DNA from: an uncultured Actinomycetota bacterium
Lineage (GTDB): Bacteria > Actinomycetota > Actinomycetes > JAHEKZ01
Direction: 5' to 3'
Length of the DNA: 64,000 nt
Assembly (NCBI GenBank): GCA_963829525.1
Contig: CAWHIJ010000003.1
Coordinates: 2,336,001 to 2,400,000, forward strand
Notes under the pieces: model-generated
The model's database searches: none
Told to the model about the DNA's origin: nothing
The model's input: the letters and a program-made list of their open reading frames with translations, nothing else
Program-made: the position numbers and the translations under genes
Part shown: positions 10,420-20,217 of the stretch, piece by piece
Position numbering within the stretch: position 1 is the stretch's first letter
Layout of the letters: every line of letters starts with the position of its first letter

Positions 10420-11098
10420 GTGCGCCTGGTCATTGCCCTTTGCAGCGTGGATTACGTGGGCCGACTCAACGCCCATCTGCCCATGGCAATGCGTCTCATT
10501 CTGGTCAAGTCCGACGGATCGGTGTCGATCCACGCCGACGACCGGGCGTACAAGCCGCTCAACTGGATGAGCCCCCCGTGCCGCACGACCTTTGACGTTG
10601 ACGACGCCGGGATCGGCACCTGGGTAGTCAGCCATACCAAGACGGGTGACCAGCTGACGATCACGATCGAAGAGGTCCTCCACGACAGCGAGCACGAGCT
10701 CGGCATCGATCCCGGTCTGCAGAAGGACGGGGTCGAAGCCCACCTGCAGGCGCTCCTCGCTGAGCACATCGAGTCGATCGGCAAGGGGTGGACGCTCATC
10801 CGGCGCGAGTACGGAACGGCCATCGGACCGGTGGACATCATGGCGCGTGACGCCGATGGCGCGTCCGTTGCCATCGAGATCAAGCGGCGCGGCGACATCG
10901 ACGGCGTTGAACAGCTCACCCGGTACCTCGAACTCCTCAACCGCGATCCGCTCTTGGCTCCGGTTCGTGGAGTGTTCGCCGCTCAGGAGATCAAGCCACA
11001 GGCCAAGGTCTTGGCTAACGACCGCGGAATTCGAGTGCTTCACCCTCGACTACGACGCCCTCCGCGGCCGTGACAAGCCCGAGGATCGGCTCTTCTGA
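10420..11098 (+). CDS. nucS: Mismatch-specific endonuclease NucS/EndoMS (one apparent +1 indel near 11033)
   Basis: [57 protein letters not shown]; the conserved LDYDALRG tail is in the shifted frame. Confidence 0.93.
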
Positions 11099-11162
11099 CT
11101 TCTCCGCAGACGGCTGGCCACTCACGAGCAGCAGCCGGTCAGCACGCCCTACATTGGCCGAT

Positions 11163-11327
11163 ATGCCAAACGACCCGAATCTCGAACGCAGGATGAACCG
11201 GCTCGAGAACGAGACCGTCGCGATCTACGAACTGATCGACGACTTCCGCAGCGAAACACGGACCCGCTTCGACCGGATAGAGACCACCCTGGGTGAGGTA
11301 CTACAACGACTCCCCGAACCAACCTGA
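11163..11327 (+). CDS. Small coiled-coil hypothetical protein (54 aa)
   Basis: LERRMNRLENETVAIYELIDDFRSETRTRFDRIETTLGEVLQRL heptad pattern; TACATT -10 lies 7 nt before ATG. Confidence 0.65.
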   Translation: MPNDPNLERRMNRLENETVAIYELIDDFRSETRTRFDRIETTLGEVLQRLPEPT

Positions 11328-11366
11328 CAGGCCAACCCCAGAACGCGACAGTCAGATCGCGGCCAG

Positions 11367-11455
11367 ACCCGGCACCTCGAGCTCCTCAACCGCCATCTGC
11401 TGCCGAGCAGACGCTCTGCTCCCTGCCGAACGGCTCTTGCGCAGCCCAGGAGGAT
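11367..11455 (+). pseudogene. Degenerate duplicate of the nucS 3' region
   Basis: 11367-11402 matches nucS 10918-10953 at 31/36 nt (TRHLELLNRHLL vs [12 protein letters not shown]); gcagcccaggag (AAQE) remnant at 11441-11452. Confidence 0.6.
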
Positions 11456-11470
11456 CCGTAGGCTGAGCGC

Positions 11471-11863
11471 ATGGCTGGATTCCTGGACAAGGCGAAGCAA
11501 GTTGCACAGCAGGCGCTCGACGAGGCGAAGAAGGGCGTTGAGACCGGTCAGGCCAAGTTGGATGACGTGCAGGCGAAGAAGGAAGCCGGCCGCGTCCTCA
11601 CAGCCCTCGGTGCCGCGTTTTACGCCGAGCAGCGCACGGGTGGACCGCGCAGCGACGTCGATTCGGCACTGAAGGCGGTCGATGAGTATGTGACGGTGAA
11701 CGGCACAAGCGGTTTCCCGAATGACGAGGAGTCGGCACCGCCTCCCCCGCCACCAGCTCCCGCACCGATGCCTGCCCCCACTCCTCCGCCGACGCCCCCC
11801 GCATCACCGCCGCCTCCGACGCCCGCTGGCGGTTCGGCCTACGATCTTCCCCCTAGCCCCTAG
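11471..11863 (+). CDS. Hypothetical protein with helical N-terminus and Pro-rich tail
   Basis: MAGFLDKAKQ... start; TAGGCT -10 lies 6 nt before ATG; PPPPPPAPAP tail. Confidence 0.75.
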   Translation: MAGFLDKAKQVAQQALDEAKKGVETGQAKLDDVQAKKEAGRVLTALGAAFYAEQRTGGPRSDVDSALKAVDEYVTVNGTSGFPNDEESAPPPPPPAPAPMPAPTPPPTPPASPPPPTPAGGSAYDLPPSP

Positions 11864-11884
11864 CCCCAGCCCCTGCCCGAAGCG

Positions 11885-12511
11885 TCAGCCGACGCCATTC
11901 CGTTCGGCCCAGACGGCAGCTTGGGTCCGGTCGAGCACCCCGATCCGTTGAAAGCACGACGTCAGGTGGGCCTTGACCGTCCGCTCGGTTATCCCCAGGC
12001 GTCGGGCGATCTGCTTGTTCGACAGTCCCTGCCTCACGAGCCCAAGCACCTCGGTCTCGCGGGCAGTGAGTTCGACCCTGACCCGTGATGGCTTCTCTGC
12101 GCGTGCCGATAGAAGCTCGCGGGCCGCGCGCGGATGCAGCGGCGACTCCCCTCTGGCAGCAGCCCTGACTCCCGCAAGAATCTCGTCAGGGGAGGCGTCC
12201 TTGAGCAGGTAGCCGACGGCCCCGGCGTCGATCGCTCCTACGATCCGGTCACGGTCGGAGAACGAGGTGACGATCACCACTGCAATCTCGGGGTGGGCCT
12301 CACCGAGTGCCGCAGTCGCCGCGACGCCGTCCATCACCGGCATCTGCAAGTCCATCAGAATCACATCAGGGTTCATGAGTTCAGCCAGCTCGATGGCTTC
12401 CGCTCCGTTGACGGCGAGCCCCACGACTTCGATATCGGAGGTGCTAGCCAGCAGCTGCTGCAGGCCAGCGCGCAGCATCGAGTGGTCGTCGACAACCAGG
12501 ACCGAGATCAC
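11885..12511 (-). CDS. NarL/LuxR family response regulator
   Basis: VVDDH, LMDLQMP, LTARETEVL...SNKQIA HTH. Confidence 0.93.
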   Translation of the reverse strand: MISVLVVDDHSMLRAGLQQLLASTSDIEVVGLAVNGAEAIELAELMNPDVILMDLQMPVMDGVAATAALGEAHPEIAVVIVTSFSDRDRIVGAIDAGAVGYLLKDASPDEILAGVRAAARGESPLHPRAARELLSARAEKPSRVRVELTARETEVLGLVRQGLSNKQIARRLGITERTVKAHLTSCFQRIGVLDRTQAAVWAERNGVG

Positions 12512-13839
12512 CTCGCCGGCACCTCCAGCGTCACACGGGTGCCCTCCCCTACCGCCGACTCAACCGCCAACCTGCCGCCCGCCTCCGCGGCGAGGTCGCG
12601 GAGACCACGAAGCCCGAAACTCTCCGGTACAACAGCGGCGTTTGGGTCGAAGCCTTGACCGTCATCGGTGACGACGAGCTTTGCGACCGCAGGCGTCCCC
12701 TCGATGACGACGCAAACGTCGAGCCGCTCCGGAGACGCGTGACGCAGCGAGTTTCGAACGCATTCCTGGGCGGTTCGCCATATCAGCGCAGTCGCATTGT
12801 CCGAGAGCTGATCGGTGCCCCGGATGCCGACATGCACGTCGACGTCAGCTTGCTCAGCTTGTGCCACGAGATCCTGCAGGGCCGCCCCGAGACCGGCGGC
12901 TTGAAGCTGTGGCGGGTAGATCTCGACCAGAAGAGAACGGAGCGCGAGCAGACTACGGCGCACCGCTGAAGCTAGCCGCTCAAGGTCGGCTTGTAGGCGA
13001 GTGCGGTCAAGATCGATGTCCGGGGAGGCGTCTCTGGCGATCCCGGCAAGGGCGAAGGACGTGCCGGCAAGATCCTGCACAACACCGTCATGGAGGTCGC
13101 GTGCAACCCGCCGACGCTCGGCGTCCGAGGCGTCGGCTGCCATGACCAGGAGCCGCTCACGGTCGGCAGCCGCCGCGTCGGCTCGACGGGAAAGAAGCCA
13201 GACGAGGGGGGTGGTCACCAGGAGGAAGATCAGCAAGCCACCCACCGTGAGCGGTCGAAAGAGTCCGAAGAGCTCGTCGGTGCGCGCCTGGAGGTTGTCG
13301 TCGGTCAGGTAGAGCTCGAAGAGCAACGGTTGGCCGCCAGGGGCCGATACCTTCGTGTACACCTCGAGCACTCGTCCAAGCTGTTGGTCGTAGGAGTTCT
13401 CGGACCTACTGAGGTCGGAGACCTCGGCATCCGAGCCGCCATTGTCGAGCACCGCCCGTTCGTCATCGCCAAGCGGAAACGATTCGTCAATCAACCTGGG
13501 CTCATCGGAGTAGACAATTCGTCCATCTGCGTCCCAGACCTTGACGCGTACCACGTCCCCACCCATGACCCTGCCCCGAATAAGCCGGTCAAAACGGTCG
13601 AGGCCGCCTGCCTCCGTGTCGAGCAGCCCCGAGGAGAGCGCCGGCTCAACGACCGTGTCAGCTAGGAGCTCGGTTGTCGCACGTGCGTCCTCGATCGCCT
13701 GTTGTTGTGCTAGCCGTTCGCCCATCACGCCCGTAAGCCAAGCCAGGAACACCGCAACGACCAGTCCAACCACGACGAACTGCACGACCGGCCGTTGCCA
13801 GACCGGTCGTGCAGCTCGCTTGGTTGATGCAGTGCCCAC
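12508..13839 (-). CDS. Membrane sensor histidine kinase (HisKA_3 type)
   Basis: Two TM segments, ERRRVARDLHDGVVQ H-box, DDGQGFD, FGLRGL; GGAGG RBS before GTG 13839. Confidence 0.9.
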   Translation of the reverse strand: MGTASTKRAARPVWQRPVVQFVVVGLVVAVFLAWLTGVMGERLAQQQAIEDARATTELLADTVVEPALSSGLLDTEAGGLDRFDRLIRGRVMGGDVVRVKVWDADGRIVYSDEPRLIDESFPLGDDERAVLDNGGSDAEVSDLSRSENSYDQQLGRVLEVYTKVSAPGGQPLLFELYLTDDNLQARTDELFGLFRPLTVGGLLIFLLVTTPLVWLLSRRADAAAADRERLLVMAADASDAERRRVARDLHDGVVQDLAGTSFALAGIARDASPDIDLDRTRLQADLERLASAVRRSLLALRSLLVEIYPPQLQAAGLGAALQDLVAQAEQADVDVHVGIRGTDQLSDNATALIWRTAQECVRNSLRHASPERLDVCVVIEGTPAVAKLVVTDDGQGFDPNAAVVPESFGLRGLRDLAAEAGGRLAVESAVGEGTRVTLEVPAR

Positions 13840-13867
13840 GGGGGCGGCCTCCGAAAGGGAATGCTGG

Positions 13868-14269
13868 CTAGAACCCGAGGCTACCTCTGCAGGTCTCACC
13901 GGTCGCCGGGTTAGTAGCGCGCCAGCCAATACGGTCAGTGCCCGAGAGATCAACCATCAGCCGCCGTACGCTGAACGACCCGCTCGGGCCGCTCGTTGTG
14001 GCGTTTCCCCTCGCCGACACGGTGCCGTTGTGCAACATCCTCCACTTCCAGTTCTGGTTGTTGACATTGCTGTCGACCTCGCCCTCGACCTCAATCCGGC
14101 CATTCTGAGGGCTGGCCTTGAGCTTCCAGTCGCTGTGGCCCGAACACGAACCGCGGCTTATCACGTCGCCGTCTGCCGCTAGGGCGGGGGCGGCAAAGCC
14201 GACGAGAACGGCTCCCGAGAGGGCAACCGCGCCGATCCGGGTAAGCGAAGTCTTCGAGGTGTTGAACAT
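13868..14269 (-). CDS. Secreted hypothetical protein (133 aa, two Cys)
   Basis: Signal peptide ending APALA; GSCSG...WKLKA...IEVEGEVDSN...ETCRGSLGF; GGAGG RBS. Confidence 0.8.
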   Translation of the reverse strand: MFNTSKTSLTRIGAVALSGAVLVGFAAPALAADGDVISRGSCSGHSDWKLKASPQNGRIEVEGEVDSNVNNQNWKWRMLHNGTVSARGNATTSGPSGSFSVRRLMVDLSGTDRIGWRATNPATGETCRGSLGF

Positions 14270-14368
14270 GGTGTCCTCCAGGGATCGAGATGGGGGCTTG
14301 GTCAGAGACATGCCGTTTCCGAACACCCTTAGCGTCAGCCACGCGTAGTGCAGTTCGCCATTGTCCCG

Positions 14369-14415
14369 TAGTACTAGGACCTCTGCATGAGCCAGTGATC
14401 GGTTTGGGCTCATGC
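14369..14415. promoter_or_regulatory. Palindrome TAGTACTA plus 9-bp inverted repeat upstream of the secreted protein/two-component unit
   Basis: tagtacta 14369-14376; gcatgagcc 14385-14393 / ggctcatgc 14407-14415. Confidence 0.4.
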
Positions 14416-14461
14416 CTTCGATCACAGGAGCGGACGGGCGCGACTGGCGCGGGAGGGATGA

Positions 14462-16496
14462 CTAGAGGTCGGCCACGACAAGGCCGTGTGCCCGACGGAT
14501 CTCTGCCACGATACGCAGCATGATGTCGTCGATCGTGTAGTCCTTCGGTGTAAAGACAGCAGCAACGCCCAGAGCTTCGAGAGCCGCGGAGTCGGACTCA
14601 GGAATGATGCCGCCAACGACAAGAGGCACATCGCTCATGCCCGCGGCCCTGATCCGAGACAGCACCTCCGGCACAAGTTCCATGTGTGAGCCCGAGAGCA
14701 CCGACAAGCCAACAACGTGGACGTCTTCCTCCACCGCCGCGGCGGCGATCTGCTCTGGTGTCAGCCGGATCCCCTGGTAGACCACCTCGAACCCTGCATC
14801 ACGTGCACGCACCGCGATCTGCTCGGCTCCGTTGGAGTGCCCGTCGAGTCCGGGCTTGCCGACGAGAAACCTCAGCCGGCCCCCGAGTTCAGCCGCCGTC
14901 TTCTCGACGGCCGCCCTAACCGCCTCGCCGGATACGGAGTCCCCAACGGACGCGGTCTGCGACGAGACTCCTGTTGGCGCGCGGTACTCGCCAAACACGC
15001 CCCGCAGCGCGTCCGCCCATTCGCCTGTCGTCACGCCGGTCCTGGCACATGCCAAGCTCGCCGGCATCAAGTTCTCACCCGAAGCCGCATCCTTGCTCAG
15101 TTTCTCCAAGGCAACGGCTACCGCAACGTCGTCCCGTTCGGCTCGCCAACTGGCGAGAGCCTCGACTGCACGCTCCTCGACGTCGGCAGCGACGCGTCAG
15201 GACCGCGCTGTCGAGGTCGGACAGCAACGGGTTCGGCTCGGTCGTCGTGAACCGGTTGAGTCCGACAACGACAGCATCTCCCGACTCGATGGCACGACGC
15301 CGCTCGGCGTGGGACTGCACGAGGGCTGTCTTCATGTAGCCGGACTCAACAGCAGCCAGGGCACCGCCGAGCCGCTCGATTCGCGCCATCTCGTCTCGCG
15401 CGCCCACCACAAGCTCGCCGACCTTGGCGGCCACGACCGGGGAGCCATCGAAGAGGTCGCCGTACTCCAACAGGTCGGATTCAAAGGCCAGCACCTGCTG
15501 CATGCGGAGCGACCATTGCTGGTCCCAGGGCCGAGGCAGGCCGAGAGCTTCGTTCCAGGCAGGCAGTTGAATGGCTCGAGCCCTGGCATCCTTGGACAGT
15601 GTGACCGCCAGCATCTCGAGCATGATGCGCGGCACGTTGTTCTCTGGTTGAGCCTCCGTAAGCCCGAGAGAATTGACCTGCACGCCGTACCGGAACCGCC
15701 GCTGCTTCGCGTCCGTGATGCCATAGCGATCTGCGGTGATCTCGTCCCACAGCTCCACGAAGGCACGCATCTTGCACATCTCCTCGACGAAACGCACCCC
15801 AGCGTTGACGAAGAACGAGATGCGCTGGACCACTTCGCCGAAGCGTTCTGGCGGCACCTGGCCGGAATCGCGAACGGCGTCGAGCACGGCAATCGCTGTA
15901 CTCAGGGAGAACGCCAGCTCTTGGACCGGGGTGGCACCGGCCTCCTGCAGGTGATAGCTGCAGATATTCGTCGGGTTCCATTGGGGAACGTTTGCCACCG
16001 TGTAGGTCACCATGTCGGTGATCAGCCGCAGCGATGGGCCGGGCGGGAAGACATACGTCCCGCGCGACAGGTACTCCTTGATGATGTCGTTCTGTGTCGT
16101 TCCCTGAAGTGCGGCTGGATCGACGCCCTGTTCCTCGGCCACCGCGATGTAGAGGGACAACAGCCACATAGCCGTGGCGTTGATCGTCATCGACGTATTC
16201 ATCTCGTCAAGCGGGATGCCCTCCATCAGCGAGCGCAGGTCGCCGAGGTGGGTGACCGGAACGCCGACCTTGCCGACCTCTCCGCGCGCCAGCTCGTCGT
16301 CGGGATCGTAGCCGGTCTGCGTCGGCAGGTCGAAAGCGATCGAGAGCCCCGTCTGCCCCTTGGCCAAGTTCTTGCGAAAGAGCGCGTTCGACGCAGCAGC
16401 AGAGGAGTGTCCGGCGTACGTGCGCATAACCCAGGGTCGGGTCGTGCTCCCGTCCGCTGACTCACTGCGAGTAGGGGTCGATGGGTCGTTCGCCAT
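14462..16496 (-). CDS. meaA: Ethylmalonyl-CoA mutase MeaA/Ecm, B12-dependent (one apparent +1 indel near 15194)
   Basis: RPWVMRTYAGHS, AFDLPTQTGYD, NICSYHLQEAGA, then GKPGLDGHSNGAEQI B12 domain; joined length about 677 aa. Confidence 0.92.
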
Positions 16497-16545
16497 CCAA
16501 GCCTCCGTGAGGTCCCGGTGGATTCGACCCTCAGCCTAGCCGAGC

Positions 16546-16848
16546 CTAGCTAGCTTCCGCGGCGACCCGATCCAAGTTCAGCACGCGGTGCAGACGGGTG
16601 ACAGCGAGGATTCGCAGCATTCGCGGCTGCGGGTCGCAGAGCACCAGCCGGACACCGCACTGACGAGCTCGGCGATGCGCAGCGACCAGCACACCGAGCC
16701 CGGCGACGTCGAGACTGACAACTGCGGACGCATCCACTGACAGGTCACCTTCGGGGATCGAGTCGAGCGCAACCTGTAGTGCGTAGCGGACATCTCCGGA
16801 CGTCGTCGCGTCCACACGGGATGGCAACGTCACGTCGCATGGGCGCAT
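16546..16848 (-). CDS. STAS domain anti-sigma factor antagonist
   Basis: VDASAVVSLDVAGLGVLVAAHRRARQCGVRLVL...LAVTRL. Confidence 0.85.
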   Translation of the reverse strand: MRPCDVTLPSRVDATTSGDVRYALQVALDSIPEGDLSVDASAVVSLDVAGLGVLVAAHRRARQCGVRLVLCDPQPRMLRILAVTRLHRVLNLDRVAAEAS

Positions 16849-17002
16849 GAAACCCTCCGAGCCCGGGTCAGTCGACGCCCGCAGCAGGTTTGCAGCGGGA
16901 GGGAAGTCGCCGACGAACTCCAAGGCCCGCACGCTAGCGCCGCTCAGACCCCGCAATGGTGAGACACGCCGCACAGCCCCCTGAGTGGTCGCGTGACTAC
17001 CA

Positions 17003-17848
17003 TCAGTAACGGTAAAACCCCTGGCCGGTCTTTCGACCGAGGGCGCCCCGAGCGACCATCTGCCGCAGCAACGCGGGCGCTGCGAAGGTCTCCCCCGGGG
17101 TCTCGGCCGCGATGTTGTCCGCAGCGCTGACCATGACGTCGATCCCCACGAGGTCGATCGTTTCCAGCGGCCCCATTGCGTGTCCGAACCCGAGTCGGCA
17201 AGCGGTGTCGACGTCCTCGGCGGTGGCCACCCCGGACTCGACCAAGCGCGCGGCCTCGACGATGAGAGTCGTGATGAGGCGGGTCGTCACGAATCCGGCA
17301 ATGTCGCGGTTGACAACTACACAGGTCTTCCCGACCCGCTCAGCGAACCCGCGCGCAATTTCCAGCGTTTCGTCACTGGTCTCGACTCCACGTACCAGTT
17401 CGCAGAGTGACATGACAGGGACTGGGGAGAAGAAGTGAGTGCCGACCACCTGCTGCGGTCGCCGCGTCACCTCCGCCAGCTGGGTAATGGGCAGTGCTGA
17501 CGTATTGGTGGCGAGCACGGCGTGGGGTCCGAGAATCGGCTCCAGCGCACGGAAGACCTCTTGCTTGACCTCGAGGCGCTCGAAGACCGCCTCGATGGCG
17601 ATCGAGGCTGGGGCGAGGTCTCCGAGCGACGTCGTCGGTGTGATGCGTGCCATCACGACCGCCTCCTCTTCACTGGACGTCCCCTTGGCGGCGAACTTGG
17701 CCAGCGACGTCGAGATGCCCTGGATCCCCCGCTCCAGGGAGGTGCCGTCAACGTCATACAGGTACACCTTGTACCCGGCCTGCGCCGCTACCTGAGCAAT
17801 CCCGGCCCCCATGAGACCTGCTCCGACGACTCCGATCACGTCTTCCAC
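17003..17848 (-). CDS. 3-hydroxybutyryl-CoA dehydrogenase
   Basis: GVVGAGLMGAG, ATNTSALPI, GTHFFSPVP, GRKTGQGFY. Confidence 0.9.
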   Translation of the reverse strand: MEDVIGVVGAGLMGAGIAQVAAQAGYKVYLYDVDGTSLERGIQGISTSLAKFAAKGTSSEEEAVVMARITPTTSLGDLAPASIAIEAVFERLEVKQEVFRALEPILGPHAVLATNTSALPITQLAEVTRRPQQVVGTHFFSPVPVMSLCELVRGVETSDETLEIARGFAERVGKTCVVVNRDIAGFVTTRLITTLIVEAARLVESGVATAEDVDTACRLGFGHAMGPLETIDLVGIDVMVSAADNIAAETPGETFAAPALLRQMVARGALGRKTGQGFYRY

Positions 17849-17940
17849 TGCCAGCTCCTTCCGTTTCCTCGTTCCCTGAAGGCTAGAGGGAACCGTCACC
17901 ACAGGTGGCGCCGCCGAGCGGGTGAGCGCAGAATCGACGC

Positions 17941-18260
17941 ATGCCGACCTGGGGCAGCTATTCCTACGTGTACGGACCGCTCATGGCGCTGGTCGCCATC
18001 GGTGTCTTCGTGCTCGTTCTTCGTTGGGCCTTCGGTCGAGGCAGCTCGGTCGTGGAACGCCCGCCTCTGAGCGGCAACCCCGACCAGTACGGGCTGCTCG
18101 ACTCCGTCGCATCACCGGGCACTTACATCGAGGCCGAGATCCTGAGGAGCGACTGGACGCCAGTGGGATCAAGGCGACCGTTGCGATGACCAATGACGGA
18201 CCGCGGCTCATGGTCTGGCCCGAAGACCGAAGCAGGGCAGAGTCCATCGTCGGCAGTTGA
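17941..18260 (+). CDS. Small membrane-anchored hypothetical protein (apparent -1 indel near 18149)
   Basis: TM helix then YIEAEILR|[11 protein letters not shown]...LMVWPED across two frames; CAGAAT -10 lies 6 nt before ATG. Confidence 0.7.
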
Positions 18261-18282
18261 CAGCGTCTGCCGGTGGGCGGGG

Positions 18283-19591
18283 TCAGCCGAAACGCTCCGG
18301 CCGGGTCGTCCTCTCGGACGATCTTGGCGCCGAGCACTCGGAGTTGCTCGTCGAACTTGGGGTATCCACGGTCGATGTGGTGGATCTCGCTGACGATGGT
18401 CTCGCCCTCGGCCACCAAGCCAGCGATCACGAGCCCGGCACCAGCGCGAATATCGGGGGTCGTGACCGGCGCACCCGAAAGCAGGGGACGCCCACGCACG
18501 ACCGCGTGGTGGCCGTCGGTGCGGATATCAGCACCAAGTCGGGCAAGCTCGTTGACAAACGAGAACCGGGATTCATAGACGTTCTCCGTCACCATCGCAG
18601 TGCCGGAGGCCACAGCGTTGAGGGCCAGGGCCATGGGAAGCAGGTCCGTCGGAAATCCAGGGAATGGCAGCGTCACTGCATCTACAGCCGTGGGACGGCG
18701 ATCCATCATGACTCGGAATCCATCGTGAACTCGGTCGACAGTGGCGCCTGCCGTCACCAGTTTGTCGAGGGCAATCTCAAGGTGTGCCGGATTCGCGTTG
18801 TGCACTGTCACATCACCGAGCGTCATCGCCGCAGCCATCGCCCACGTACCGGCCACGATGCGGTCCGCGACGGTCGCGTGAGAGACCGGTTGCAACGAGT
18901 CGACGCCGACGATGACGAGCGTCGAAGTTCCGGCACCTTCAATCTGGGCTCCCATGTGGCCCAGCATCACGCAGAGGTCGACGATCTCTGGCTCGCGAGC
19001 CGCATTGTCGATCTCGGTACAGCCGTCTGCCAGGACCGCAGCCATCACGAGGTTCTCGGTCGCCCCAACACTAGGAAAATCAAGCCATATCGTGGCACCG
19101 GTCAGCTGCTTGGCCTTAGCCACGATGAAACCGTGCTCGTTCTCAACCGTCGCGCCCATCTTGAGCAGACCGGCGATGTGGAAGTCGAGAGGACGTGAGC
19201 CGATGGCGTCGCCACCCGGTAGTGCAACGTCAGCTTCGCCGGTACGGGCCAACAGTGGGCCCAGAACCGCAATGGACGCTCGCATCCGCCGCACGAGGTC
19301 GTAGTCAGCACGGTGCTCAACCTTTTGCGGGACATCGATCGTGACGGTTGCCGCATCGCGGTCACGGTGCACACCGCATCCGAGTCGTCGAAGAAGCTCG
19401 GACATGATGGTGACGTCGAGGATGTCGGGCACCTCGCTCAGTGTCGTTACGCCGGGAGCAAGCAGTGCCGCGGCCATCAGCTTGAGGACCGAGTTCTTGG
19501 CCCCGGTGACCTGTACGTCACCTGCGAGGCGAGCGCCACCGGTCACCCGAAACCGCTGCGGGCGCGCGATGGCTGCATTGGCGGTCTCCAC
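18283..19591 (-). CDS. murA: UDP-N-acetylglucosamine 1-carboxyvinyltransferase (true stop probably 18283; one extra base in an A-run gives read-through)
   Basis: [18 protein letters not shown] (Asp variant, as in fosfomycin-insensitive actinobacterial MurA), [14 protein letters not shown]. Confidence 0.93.
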
Positions 19592-19627
19592 GCGCCCATC
19601 GTAGGCGGTCCCCTTAGGGTGGCCGAC

Positions 19628-20212
19628 ATGGTGAATCTCACGCGCATCTACACCCGGACCGGCGACGACGGCACGACCGCCCTAGGCGACATGACCCGGG
19701 TCAGCAAGAACGACCAACGCTTGGTGGCCTACGCCGACGTCGACGAGGCAAACTCGGCGATCGGAGTGGTGGTGGCCACTCCGGGGCTCGACTCCCAGAT
19801 TGCCGCCCTGCTGACCCGCATCCAGAACGACCTCTTCGACGTTGGGGCAGACCTCTGCACCCCCGTCATCGAGGACCCTGAGTTCCCCCCGCTGCGAGTT
19901 GAGCATGAGTACATCGAGCGGCTTGAGGCCGCCTGCGACCAGTACAACGACCTCCTCGAGCCACTTCGATCCTTCGTCCTGCCCGGGGGAACCATGGCCT
20001 CGGCGCACCTTCACGTAGCCCGCACCGTTGTTCGTCGTGCGGAGCGCAGCACCTGGGCTGCGCTGGCCGAGCACAGCGACACGATGGGGCCGCTAGCAGC
20101 TACCTATCTGAACCGGCTCAGCGACCTGCTCTTCATCTTGGGCCGCGTGGCCAACTTGCCAGCACACGGTGGCGGCGGCGACCTGCTGTGGAAGCCGGGC
20201 GGGGAGCGCTAG
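19628..20212 (+). CDS. pduO: ATP:cob(I)alamin adenosyltransferase, PduO type
   Basis: [30 protein letters not shown]. Confidence 0.93.
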   Translation: MVNLTRIYTRTGDDGTTALGDMTRVSKNDQRLVAYADVDEANSAIGVVVATPGLDSQIAALLTRIQNDLFDVGADLCTPVIEDPEFPPLRVEHEYIERLEAACDQYNDLLEPLRSFVLPGGTMASAHLHVARTVVRRAERSTWAALAEHSDTMGPLAATYLNRLSDLLFILGRVANLPAHGGGGDLLWKPGGER

Positions 20213-20217
20213 GGCGT

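Noticed and set aside
11735-11880. Pro-codon and ccctagcc micro-repeats
   Set aside because: Low-complexity Pro-rich tail with local slippage; no higher-order structure
14832-16460. Long antisense or alternate-frame ORFs (e.g. 14832-16460 +, 60254-61582 +, 24973-25932 +)
   Set aside because: Shadows of real genes in high-GC DNA; no recognisable motifs
16497-17002. Cobalamin or c-di-GMP riboswitch near meaA/STAS
   Set aside because: No B12-box or complete aptamer core visible; a lone GCAAACC is insufficient
17981-18282. 100-aa C-terminal extension of MurA
   Set aside because: Removing one base from an A-run restores a stop at 18283; the extension overlaps a convergent gene
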